Origin: Bugula neritina
Lineage: Eukaryota > Animalia > Bryozoa
Length of the DNA stretch: 64,000 nt
Reading direction: 5' to 3'
NCBI GenBank assembly: GCA_964035545.1
Contig: OZ037769.1
Span: forward strand, 620,001-684,000
Each line of letters opens with the position of its first letter. The stretch's first letter is position 1. The notes below the pieces were generated by a model. The model ran no database searches. It was given only the letters and a program-made list of their open reading frames with translations, and was not told the origin of the DNA. A program made the translations under genes and the position numbers. This document shows, one piece after another, positions 38,399 to 50,605 of the stretch.

Positions 38399-40226
38399 AT
38401 GGCGGCAGATAAATTCTTTCCAGATGATGCATTCAACTTGCCACGGCTCAACATCGATGCCTTGCAACGACAAGTAGCAGCCGACAGCGCGCAGCATCAA
38501 CGTCAAGTTGATGATTTACAGCAGCAACTGAGGGAGTTGCATGTAAAACACACTACCCTAGTAAGTGAATTATATTCCCAAGTCCCGGGAGAGTAGTTGA
38601 TAGAGTTATCTTGCTTATCCCCTATCAGTGCAGTGATTGACAGTAATTTCTACTTTCTTTCAGATGCACGAAGAAGTTTCTAACATAGTATCAAGGCACC
38701 AAGCTGCCTACTACGCCGAGTTTCATCAAACAGTTTCAGACCATTACCTGAGAAATTTCGAGCGGTAAGTAACTCCAAACCTTTGCTCAATCATGTATGA
38801 CATCACAGTGTCCACTGCTCAATCATGTATGACATCACAGTATCCACTTCTCAATCATGTATGACATCACAGTATCCACTTCTCAATCATGTATGACATC
38901 ACAGTGTTCTCTGCTCAATCATGTATGACATCACAGTGTCCACTGCTCAATCATGTATGACATCACAGTGTCCACTGCTCTTGAGTGACAACTTTTGGTG
39001 TCTTGTAGGGAGGTAAGCAATGCCAACACACAGACTCATCACATATCTCATCAGCCACACTGCTCCACGCCAGACCGGCCACGCCCCACGTCTCAAGTCT
39101 CAAGAAGTCATCCACCTTCTAGCAGCAGTGAAGTTGTAGTCAGCAACTTGGCGCCTAGCAGCAGTGTAATGCAGGCTGTAGCAGTAGACAGAATGTTGTT
39201 ACGAGACGCGCTCACAGGTTCTGACTCTGAGATAGGAGATGATGTTAGTCTGGGTTAGTCAGCTGCCTTCTTGTAGTGTTGTTAAGTTGTGCATCCTGCT
39301 GGCTCTCTGCTATTGTGTTGTGGTACAGACAACTCTCTATCACATGTCGTATGTTTCTCCTCTTTTAGATGACCTTAGCTCTGATAGCTGCGATGAGTTG
39401 TCAGTGCGGGCTGGCTCCTTTCTTGATGGCAGGTCATGTGACGATGTATCACGTGACGATGTGTCATGTGACGGTGCTGTTTCCTCGGTGAGTAGAGTCA
39501 CAATCTGCTTTTTCTCTTTAGATTTGTGCCTTTAGTCATGGTTTAGTGTTTATGGGTTACATTATACATTAGTTGGTGTAGCTAGTTGTTACAAATCTCT
39601 TTCTCTTGTAGTCCTCTGATGGAGAGTCTGAAAGTGAAGATAGTTCAGTATCCACTGCTACTTCACAGCAAGACCCAACAGACGGGGAGGATAGGGAGGA
39701 CAACTCCTTATCTGAGAGTGAGGATAGTGCTGCTGCTGCTGCCGGTGTTAGTCCAGAGTACAGAGTAACAGCTTGTGATTCTGACCCTCTGGTATCCACA
39801 GATAAGTATGAGGAAAGGGCTTCTGGTGATGAGGGAGGAGCTATTGAAGATGAGGGAGGAGCTATTGAAGATGAGGGAGGAGCAACTGGAGATGAGGGAG
39901 GAGCTAATGGTGATGAGGGAGGAGCTAATGGTGATGAGAGAAAAGATAAGGGAGGAGCTTCTGGATATAAAGGAGGAGCTACTGGAAGCAAATTTGATAT
40001 TGTAGTCTTCATATCTGACTTACTGGACAATAAAGTTCCTTATCCCTTTTTCAAAACAGAGTCTCACACGATTAGAAGCCTTCCCTCTACTCTTTTCTCT
40101 AAGGCTGAGTACTACTATACGCCCAATCAATATGTCCCAGTACCAAGCACATACATTCCCACAACTCCAAACTACGAGTTTAGAGAAAATTCTTATGTAC
40201 CTGAATTTGCTCGTTCCGATAATTAA
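38399..40226 (+). CDS. Orphan gene B (~401 aa), tandem paralog of gene A
   Basis: Exons 38399-38560, 38664-38764, 39009-39217, 39369-39487, 39612-40226 (1206 nt, open). Shared motifs LP(K/R)LN, HT(S/T)L|MHE(K/E)V, HQ(S/A)AY, DRxx(L)xD(S/A)L, SSDGESESEDSS..., ST(F/Y)IPTTPN. Confidence 0.8.
38786..38980. repeat. Intronic minisatellite, 32-bp unit CTCAATCATGTATGACATCACAGTGTCCACTG x6
   Basis: In gene B intron 38765-39008; absent from the homologous intron of gene A. Confidence 0.95.
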
Positions 40227-40839
40227 CAAAAGTGCTAAATATGTCTCAGCTAACACTACTACTACTCGACTATATTTTTCTACTTGTTTCCTTTACTTAT
40301 TACTTCATGAGCATGTATATTTTTTCATTTTCTTTCCCATGTGTTATTTACTATCTATTTTGAAATACATAATATATATATTTTATATTCCAATTTAGTT
40401 GTGAATCCAAAATTCACATAATACTGTAAGCTAAGAATATCTCATTTTTCTTTTATATCACAATATTGATGGTTGTGAATAAATAAATTGTATATAATAA
40501 TATGAGACACGTATAATATTATAAAGATAGTAATTATGAAACAAACCATGTGTGTGAATTCGGGGTTGTTTTCTTTTTATTTAAGGGCGCAGGGATATTA
40601 TTTCGACACAATAATTATATAATCGTTATCACTGAATTCCGGTGTATAATATTATATGACGAGAAAAGCACTTATATCTAGCGAATACGTTTTTTCTTGT
40701 TATAATCCCCAAACTGTATCCGTTTCAGTTCGGTTTACATAATTTACATCACACTTGTCAGTTTGAGTTACATTAGTCAGTTTGTTATCGAGTTTACACG
40801 AGTAATCTGCTGTATCTTCAGAGTGACTTCATTGTGAAA

Positions 40840-43800
40840 ATGCCAAGTTGGAGGTTGATGAAACTAGATAAAGTGTGGGAGCTGACTGCATGCTCTACCA
40901 GCCTTCATTTTTTAAGGAGAACTTTATTTATATTAGATCCTCTAGCTTGTATTAGAGATACTAGTAGTAGTAGTAGTAGTAGTAGTCGTAGTTTTCACAC
41001 TAACAGGATATGCAGTTCATTCGCTGACAATCCTACAACCTCAGAGAATCGTCCAAACAGTCATAGACTGAAAATAAAGATTTCAAAATCAGAAGAGCGT
41101 GAAGTTCAGCGAAGTTTAGCAGTTTTAGAGTTAAAGATGAGCATCAATGACTGCACAACAAGCATGGTTCGCAGTAGATATTTAGCTTTGGTCAAGCAAT
41201 ATCATCCTGATTCCACCTCATCACTAACTAGTGAGAGTACAAGTAAATTCTTAGACATCCAAAAAGCTTATCACCATCTCACGGTAGGTTTACTACAACA
41301 ACAAAGTGGCCAGCAAATATTCTAGTTAGGTATAAATATTATTTTCATATCTAAACATCATACACTTCATATTCTACTGTATCAAAATTGTATTTTGTTA
41401 AGAAATGTGCCTTAGAGTTGCTATTTATTCACTGCCAGTTTTCACACTAACTCATGGTCCAAATTGTTAATGTAATCTTTCTATGGTGTAAGTTAAAGCT
41501 GAATATGTGTTCAAAATAATATTTAGTAAAACTCTTTCTTTCTTGGGTAGAAATTTTATTCTAAACACGAAGAGAGTATGACGAGGGAAGACAACCTCAA
41601 AGAGCTGACTGAACGAGAAGATAATCCCCACATCTCACCACAACACCGGCAATATCTGAGTATGCAAGGCGTACGTCTGCTTGTCTGTTTCCTGTGCAGC
41701 TGACTCAGTGTAGCATGTGCTCCAAGATAATGTGGCTTCAACTGACTAGTATTTACTTCTGTGGTTTATCTCTAGTCTCTCAGTCTATGCCAGTTCTACC
41801 CCAACAAAAGCTAACACTTGTCTCTTTAGTAATATTGTTTTTGCTGCCCGTGACATCTATTTCCTGTTAGAATGTCCCGCTCTCTGACTAAGGCTAGACT
41901 GTGGTCTCACAGCTGGTATTACTTCAGGTTGGTTACGGCACCCCGTCACAGAGGAGGAAGCAGTATGACAGCTGGAGAGCCGACAAGGCGTCTGAGAGAG
42001 TGTTTCAGTTCCGTAAAGACGGCATGTTGAGAGATCCTGACAGCAAGGAGGTGGTGCGCAAGGAGGATGAGAGCGGGTTCACTCGGAAGATACGGACCAG
42101 GTGGTGCCATGTCTCTACTACTCTGTTATACTGCACTGTTATACTACTCACTGTTATACTACTCTGTTATAATATTCACTGTTATACTACTCACTGTTAT
42201 ACTATTCACTGTTATACTATACTCTGTTATACTACTCACTGTTATACTACTCTGTTATACTACTACTCTGTTATACTATTCTGTTATACTAGTCACTGTT
42301 ATACTACTCACTGTTATACTATTCACTGTTATACTACTCACTGTTATACTACTCGCTGTTATACTATTCACTGTTATACTACTCACTGTTATACTACTCT
42401 GTTATACTATTCACTGTTATACTACTCACTGTTTCACTATTCACTGTTATACTATTCACTGTTATACTACTCACTGTTATACTACTCACTGTTATACTAT
42501 TCACTGTTATACTACTCTGTTATACTATTCACTGTTATACTATTCACTGTTATACTACTCTGTTATACTATTCACTGTTATACTATTCACTGTTATACTA
42601 CTCACTGTTATACTACTCACTGTTATACTATTCACTGTTATACTACTCTGTTATACTATTCACTGTTATACTATTCACTGTTATACTATTCACTGTTATA
42701 CTATTCACTGTTATACTACTCACTGTTATACTACTCGCTGTTATATTATTCACTGTTATACTACTCACTGTTATACTACTCACTGTTATACTATACACTG
42801 TTATACTATTCACTGTTATACTATTCACTATTATACCAGGATATTGTATTATTATGTTATATTATGTTAATATATTATATTTAATTGTTACACTATACTA
42901 CATTTGTATAGCCTAGCACATGCTCTTACATTTTATATTAAGTTATGGTGTTGTATTTTATTACTGTAAAGTAATGTGTATTATATTATAGTTCGTATTA
43001 CATTGCATACCAGTAGAATATTTTTATAATATAAAGTAATGTGTATTCTATTATAGTTTGTAATATATTATATAACATTAAAATATATTTATATTATAAA
43101 GTAATGTATATTATATTATAATTTCAGCAACTTTCTCCTGAGGTTAGCTGATGACATGATAAAGGAGTCGATGGCCAGAGGAGACTTTGATAACCTGCCA
43201 GGTATAGTGACACTAGTATACTCTGTGTGTAGGACTCTAACTCATGCTCCATGCTCCGCAGTGGGAGGAGACTATAAACTCATTCTACAGTAGGCCAAAT
43301 CTCTAGCTGTCATATGATTGTGAGATGACAACTCCAAACTAACTTATGCATTAGAATACTTAGTGTAAAACTATACGTTAGTTTGCTCACATCAAGTAAT
43401 TGCTTAGAGTTATCTTCTCCCTTAGTATTGACCAATTTCTATAGACAGTAGTCTAGTTAACTGTGCTCAGGCTATTTCCTGTGACCTCTGACCTCTTGTG
43501 CTGACAGGCAAAGGTCAGCCCCTGAAGAGTTCATCTGACCACAACCCCTACGTAGACAGTCACACTCATAGACTTAACAATGTGCTCATCAACAACGGGT
43601 ACGCCCCGCAGTGGATGACTTTGGAGACAGAAATCAGGTTATTATAAGAAGTTGTCTTTTCTCTTCAAGTATAATAATATTGTGACCTGCTTCTCATGCA
43701 TTTCTTAGAGTTTTGGCTGGTATGGGATTGTCTTCCCTTTTTTACTCTTTAAACATGTTTTAAAAGTATATAATTTGGCTGCTGTAAAATTTCAGTTCTT

Positions 43801-44251
43801 CATACTTCTGATCTGTAAGTTATTTTAATATTTAAATGTCTGGCAGCGCTAAATGCATAGCGTTTCTGCTGCCGGGTGACTCTGCTGTCATGTAATTACT
43901 CTCTGCTGTCCTTTCCCTTCCATATTCACTTCCTTCTATTAGTCGTTTACTCTGAATGCTTTTAGAACGACGTACCAAAAGTTGTCCTCTAATTTGAAGT
44001 TGTCCCATGCTGCGCTTTCTACCGAAGACTCTCGGAAGCTCTGGTCCCTGGAGGTAGTAAAGTTCAGGAAAGCTATAAAGGAGTTGAATAAGAAAGTTGA
44101 TACGTTGAATATGCTGGCCCCGTCCCTCGCCATACAAATGGTTCACTATAATGCCGAGCTAGCAATCTCAAAGGTCACCCAAAGGTCAACCAGCTCCACA
44201 GAACACCATGATGGTAACACTGACGTTACCAAAACTTCTAATTCTACTTAG
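40840..44251 (+). CDS. DNAJC28: DnaJ homolog subfamily C member 28 (J domain + DUF1992), ~408 aa
   Basis: Exons 40840-41283, 41551-41670, 41928-42100, 43128-43201, 43508-43637, 43966-44251. J domain with YHPD; PQHRQYLSMQGVGYGTPSQR; IKESMARGDFDNLPGKGQPL; NPYVD..THRLNNVLINNGYAPQW; LNKKVDTLNMLAPSL..QMVHY. The exact start codon is uncertain. Confidence 0.93.
42113..42836. repeat. Intronic minisatellite, 15-bp unit CTGTTATACTACTCA (13-bp variants)
   Basis: Starts just after the DNAJC28 donor at 42101. Confidence 0.95.
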
Positions 44252-46652
44252 AGATAGCTTTGTTGTATCAAGCCGTGCTATATTCGTATTCACTTTATTT
44301 CTGTACTGGAGAGGAGAGGTGGGGGTATTCACTCTATTTCTGTACTTGGAGGGAAGAGGGAAGAAAAGGGGGGGGAGGGAGGGCAGGGGAAAAAGAGGGA
44401 GGCAATTGCAAAAGGATTTATTTTTAGAAAAGTTTTATAATTAAATTATAGTTATTTTTGGTTATTTATTGAATTATTTAATAAATTACAATAATAAGTT
44501 ATTTTTTAACATCATATGATGTTTTATACAGTGAATTTCTAACCAATCGAAATCTTTGACCCTAAAATATATTATATAATATTTACAGATCTAAAATCTT
44601 TTAAAAAGAGATGTTTTAATACTTATTAACAATATATATTGCATCTGGTACAACGAGTCTCATAAATTGTGATGAATATGGTGATTAATTATTTGGAGTT
44701 GTCGCACTTTGATCATTTTACACGCTATCAGCACATGCGCATCAGTCATTTTATATTGTATTTTAAAGCTTCAGTAGCCTTGCTTAAACTATAGTGACTG
44801 TAATTTTTATTATTTATTTCTCAAACCAACAATAATAATAGACTACTATTTAATGTAAAGTTCCTACAATTACATTTAAGGGTTTTTAGTCATATAACGG
44901 CGTAAATCATGTAACTAGATTGTGCAACCATCGATTTGTATAGCCCCAAAATGCATGAGATATTTTTGTCTAATGTATTTTATAGGCATATAAGCACTTT
45001 ACCTTGGAATTCACCATCTATTTACCTACCTTGCATGCAAAAGCAAATCAAGTTGAAGTTTTGACACCCAATTATTAAACTTCAATTAAAATAAAAATTG
45101 TCAACAAAATACGAAGTGGTATACATGGTGTTGCAACATTAACTCTTACCAGCTGTATCGTCTGCACGAATTAAACTATTCCAGATTTTGTGATGTTGGG
45201 GGTCTTCCTTTCACCCAGCTGTAAAAAGTAACTACTGCACGCTAAGAAATAAGGCTATAGTTGTCAGATTTGTCAATTTCAATAAGTGTTTACTTTTCAT
45301 CACACTTGAGCAAACCACTTTATTATTAATTACCGGACAATAGAATATATTTTAACTTCTTTTAGTAAAATGAAATTGAGGTAATTATTTGAACAGAATT
45401 CTATCAATGCTGCTAAAATATTTATTGAACTTTTCGTTACACAAAATATAATTGATGGCCTCTCACCTACATACACTATATAGTCAATGCAGAGAGTTCC
45501 TATAACTTGTGAAGTTTTGTAAGAAACTCCCTTTTGTTTTGCTTGTATTTAGTACGTTGAGTCTTAGGCACTGTTCACTGATATATAACCTTTTTAAACT
45601 CAAATATAGCTATCTAGGATGTCAGGTATTTATGTATTCTAATAATTATTTCACTGTACATACACGTGTGAACTGTGACGTCACACATGTCTCTTTGTAC
45701 CAAATAGTACATCACCACATCTGAAAATATTTGTTGAGAAAAGCTGCTGCTAATAAATATAAGTACTATGGGTTTTCACTTATCATAGCTAAGTCAGCAT
45801 AACCCCTTCATACATGAATGCTGCCAGCGTTACCCCAAGAGTCAGCACTCGTAGCTTGTGTGATTAGTGTTCAGTTCAATGAGTAATTCTTAATAAAATT
45901 GCGTGTTAAGTTTTTTAGTGTATAGAATAAACACTGCCTTCAACTGTCTCTATTCAGTGAATTAAACTGGGGATTTCTAACAAAAGGAAAACCTTCAATA
46001 ACTGCATTGTGATTCGAGCCCTTTAATCAGCATTTAATATATTTGCATTGTATCCATATATTTTATTATGGTCCAATATCATAAAGCTGTCTAGCCATAG
46101 AAATAGCCTCATTTGATAGGGTGGGTGAATGGCCACCCAACAATGCTCCAGTATTGGTAAGTTGCTTCAGTGCTGCCTCAATAGATTGAAATAAAGGTAT
46201 TATATCAAAGGCAGCACTTGTTGATTGTTAATCTCCAAAATGGAACACAAGGCAGCTGGGGTCAGACCAAATCAACAGCAGTGTGATACATTAACATACT
46301 GAACTACTGGGTGAACTACTGGGTGAACTACTGCAGTAGATATAAGGTAAACTTATACATTATGGTCTAAGAGCATATCTAGTTTAATAGATTTCAACAC
46401 TTACCTAATATTTTAATTAATAGAACCTTCAATTGCTCAAAGTTTATTAAGGCTTGTAAACATGAATAAATATAAAACTATTTTTCATAAACTTGAAATT
46501 CTATTTTCAAGTATATAATTAATTAATGCATTAGATACTTTCGTTTGTAACTATAGTAGCTTACTAGCAAGTTAGATTTACATGACTGGGTTTAATTTTA
46601 GTCTTGAACAAAAGCTCTACTCCAAAGCAGAAAGGATTCGTGGTGAATAAAG

Positions 46653-47828
46653 ATGTCGTTTCTGTTTGAGGCGGTAGAGCCTCTCTCTGGTATAATTCAC
46701 CATTTCAATCGATACGACGAAGACTCAGTAGACAGACTCAACTACAAGTACTCGACTGTCGTCTTCACGTTGTTAGCCATAGTGGCTACGACTCACACGT
46801 ATGTCGGGGAGCCTATCCGATGCTGGGCTCCTCATGAGTTTGAAGATCACTGGATAGAATACACTAACAGCATCTGCTGGATATCCAACACCTACTACAT
46901 ACCCTTAACTGAGCTGAACATTCTAGAAGCTCGTAGGAAAGAGGTAGTCTACTACCAGTGGGTCCCGTTGGTGCTCTTTGCCCAAGCCCTCATGTTTTAC
47001 TTGCCCTGCGTTCACTGGACTATCCTCAACAGGTCTATTGGGATGGACATCCACAAAATCGGCAAGACCTGTCGCGACATCGAGTTGCTAAACCCGGACA
47101 CGCGAGACAAGGCCACCAGGTTTCTAGTGAAACATTTAGACCGGTCTTTGAAGTACTCAAAGGAGCTCAATGTGGGTGCTTGTAGCAGGTTCAAGTCTCG
47201 TCTCGCTAAACTCGGCTGCTTTTGTGGCAAAAGACAAGGTAACTTCCTGATTGTGGCGTACCTGTTGACCAAGTTACTGTACATCGGCAATATTTGCCTT
47301 CAGATGTACATGCTGAACCACTTCCTCGGCACTCAGTACACCATCTACGGTTTGGAGATTCTCAGAGACATCAAAGAGACGGGAGGCTACAAGGAATCTC
47401 TAAGATTTCCTCGGCAGACGTTGTGTGACTTCGAGAGAAGAACTATGGCTCGTAACATTCCCTACACTGTACAATGTGTTCTGCCAATTAACCTCTTCAA
47501 TGAAAAAATATTCATATTTGTGTGGTTTTGGTTAGCCTTCATGGGTATTGTGAACGTGCTGTCATTTCTATCTTGGCTCTGGATTGCCTTTACTACAAAC
47601 CGTAGAGGTTACGTTCGAAAATATCTAAAAGTATTTGGGAAATACGAGAAGGAGAATGATAGAGAGCGGCTGATTGGGTTCTGTGATAAATACTTGAGAC
47701 AAGACGGCCATTTTGCTTTCCGGATGATCAGTAAAAACACCAACGAGGTGGTTGTGGGGGAGATGATCACTTGCTTGTGGGACTTTTTTGGCAAGAACTA
47801 CAATTATCACAGAAAGATCACAGTCTAA
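46653..47828 (+). CDS. inx: Innexin (invertebrate gap-junction protein), 391 aa, intronless CDS
   Basis: Motifs DRLNYKYS, YVGEPIRCWAP, YTNSICWISNTYY, YYQWVP signature, FPRQTLCDF, QCVLPINLFNEKIFIFVWFW, YLRQDG; four hydrophobic segments. Confidence 0.97.
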   Translation: MSFLFEAVEPLSGIIHHFNRYDEDSVDRLNYKYSTVVFTLLAIVATTHTYVGEPIRCWAPHEFEDHWIEYTNSICWISNTYYIPLTELNILEARRKEVVYYQWVPLVLFAQALMFYLPCVHWTILNRSIGMDIHKIGKTCRDIELLNPDTRDKATRFLVKHLDRSLKYSKELNVGACSRFKSRLAKLGCFCGKRQGNFLIVAYLLTKLLYIGNICLQMYMLNHFLGTQYTIYGLEILRDIKETGGYKESLRFPRQTLCDFERRTMARNIPYTVQCVLPINLFNEKIFIFVWFWLAFMGIVNVLSFLSWLWIAFTTNRRGYVRKYLKVFGKYEKENDRERLIGFCDKYLRQDGHFAFRMISKNTNEVVVGEMITCLWDFFGKNYNYHRKITV

Positions 47829-50306
47829 TTTCCACGCATCACAGCAGCTCATTTGCTTCCCCAGAAAAATTCAAGTAACATTTATGCTTTTAGATTATTT
47901 TGTTTGCTTTGCATGCTTCCTATATAAATCCAAAGACTTGTCTGTGCATACAATACATGTATTCCGTTATCTAAGATAGTTCTACTGCCTAGACTATAGT
48001 ATAATTCAGAATTTTATCTTAACCTCTCATCATGAAAATCAGAATTCACTCAGCTTGGCATATATTGAAGGATCATGACATGCAATTCAACAGTGAAACT
48101 AGTATTTAATGAAATTATATTGTTATATGATATCTTTTTAAAAATTATGTTTTATTTTTAGTATGTTATTTGGAGCACCAAGTGCAGTTGTTTGTGCCTA
48201 GGCGAATCTCAATATATATTTCATTATTATAGTTTTTAACCGCTCTTCCATGTTTGGCTTAGTCCTAATACACTAATATAGTTTTCTAAATAGTTTATTG
48301 CTTATATTTTATAAATTATTGAAGTGTTTTAGATTGCTGTAAACTCTTAGCACATGATCTTAGACTGACTTACTAGTAAGATCTTATTTATTCGTGTCAA
48401 CTAAATATAATTTAGAATAAATACACTTTAGGTTTAACTCTTTATTTCTTATCCAAATAAGTTCCTAGTGTGTAACACTGCTGACAATTGTTAAAAACAG
48501 TGAGTAAGTAGGACACATCTATATTAATAATAAAGCAGAAAAATTAATTTCATTCAAGATTAATAAGTTATAAGTAAAAATTATGCTACTCTATGCAGGC
48601 AAAATATAATTTTATTTTGTAACTTAAAATCTCTAATATAAATTTTCCATAATGATTTTAGCTGGTTTCTAATTATACCATGGCTATATAGAATATCAAA
48701 AATAAATTATTCTACATGTTTGAGCATCTGTCTCATTCTGAATGAAATTTGTCAAACAATTGGCTATAGCTATTCTATAAATATGGAACAGAGAAGCTAT
48801 CTTTGATTCATGTAAATAATTTTATTGTAATATGCGATGATTGGGTATTCATATACAAGCTTCTACTTTCATACAACCACCATTTCTTTTGGAAATGAAT
48901 TTATAAATATATAAGCAATAGGCTAGCTGTAATATAATATAGCCTCAAAACTCTATAGTAACTGTCAACTTTGAAATTTGAAAACAAAAAAATTGCTTTT
49001 AGCTGCATGTTTACTAATGTCTACTGTGGTTCTATTTGGGTGAATAATAACTAGTAAAACGTAATGCAATTATGTTTAGTGGTTCGCAAGCCAGTAGGTT
49101 TGTTTGCTGACTCTTGTTTGTTTTGGTATAGTAGCTGCTGGCTGCCTTGTCCCTCACCCCATAAGAAAAATAATTATCAAATAAAAGAGTAGCTAAAGCA
49201 GACACGAGCCAGTGGAATGTGTTCACTGGTACAATGAGTCATGGCAAACCGTGATAACAATAGAAAGAATAGAAGTGGAATAATGGAGGTTTCCATTTAC
49301 TCTTTTATAATTGTCTTATTCAGCTTCAACTTAGCAAATGATGCAATTAACGTATTAAAACTTTCCTCAAAGGGTTAAATAAATCACAGGCCAACTGTGT
49401 TAACTGTAAAGCAATATAATTATTATTTTACACACTGTAATGGAGAGAACACAACTTCAGAAATTGAGTATCTCAACAAGGATGCATAACTCCTATGTCT
49501 AGGAAACCATTGGGTAAAGGATAGAAATATCCCAGGTAAATCATTAACATGTTGGAAAGATGCTTCAGCATATATTTTTATGGATTCCTATTATGTAACT
49601 ATATTACAGCAACATATCAGTATTATTTATATTATATTACAGCAACACTATTATGTAACATTCACACAGTTCCGCTGAATTGCCTATTTTTCTACATCTG
49701 TTTCAATCAGTGCCAGACTGTGCTTATAGTTATACGAAGTCATTCACTTTATTAGTCAATAAGTAACCCATATAGCAACTTATCATGATCGCCTTGTGAC
49801 ATCCTTCTTTCATGAAGAATCACAAAAACTGCACTACTAGCCTAGATTGAGATTTTCCTACAAAAAAAAAGAGAAGGCTTACAATGAGTCCTAATTTATT
49901 GCTAACATAGAATACTTTACTATATATAATATACTGGAATAAAACATTTATTTGCTTATTCGAGACAACATAAAGATTTATTTCCTGTTACTTTTTCAAA
50001 TAACAACTTCGCTCCATGATCAATAATTTAATCAAACCAAATTTGCAAGCTTTATCAGTGGCATATTGTTACATTGTATTTATCAAACACTATATTATAG
50101 ACCATGTAAAAAAAGATCTAATCAGGAAACAGCTGTGTACATACAGGAGTCAAGGACACACGTCACCATAGCAACTACAGGTATTTGAATACAAGAATAA
50201 ACGTCGAGAGATGGGAGTTGATTTCTCTTATTTTTGTTCATTCCTACTTATTATAGCCAGTATTTACACTGAATTTTGCAACGTGTTGTCATGTTTGTGA
50301 TATGTA

Positions 50307-50336
50307 ATAAATCAATCAATCAATCAATCAATCAAT
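50307..50336. repeat. (AATC)n microsatellite, ~7 units
   Basis: Directly visible. Confidence 0.9.
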
Positions 50337-50605
50337 GCTGTAATATTGAAGGCTCAGCAATATTGAGCAATGAAATAGCCAATATGGTTATTAGCTTCTT
50401 ATTTGAACTAATTGTGAGGTAATGGCAAAGTAAACAACTTCACAAAAGATGTATTGTGTGTCGGTTATTGGAAATAATAGCTATATTTTAGATGATTGCT
50501 TGTACATAGCAACCAACCGCCACTCACATTTCACATGGACCTAGTACAAAGTGTGAGCTATCATTCATCGTAGTCAGCTAGTGTTGGTGGTAACACTTCA
50601 GTGAA

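Noticed and set aside
33854-40030. Minus-strand Pro/Ser-rich ORFs 33854..34219 and 39569..40030, and + strand MREELLK ORFs
   Set aside because: Shadow frames of the spliced acidic last exons of genes A and B.
42067-42884. Long Tyr/Leu/Thr ORFs extending DNAJC28 exon 3
   Set aside because: 15-bp intronic array; conserved DNAJC28 sequence resumes at 43128.
46958-47979. Short ORFs overlapping the innexin on both strands
   Set aside because: Alternative-frame shadows of a GC-richer CDS.
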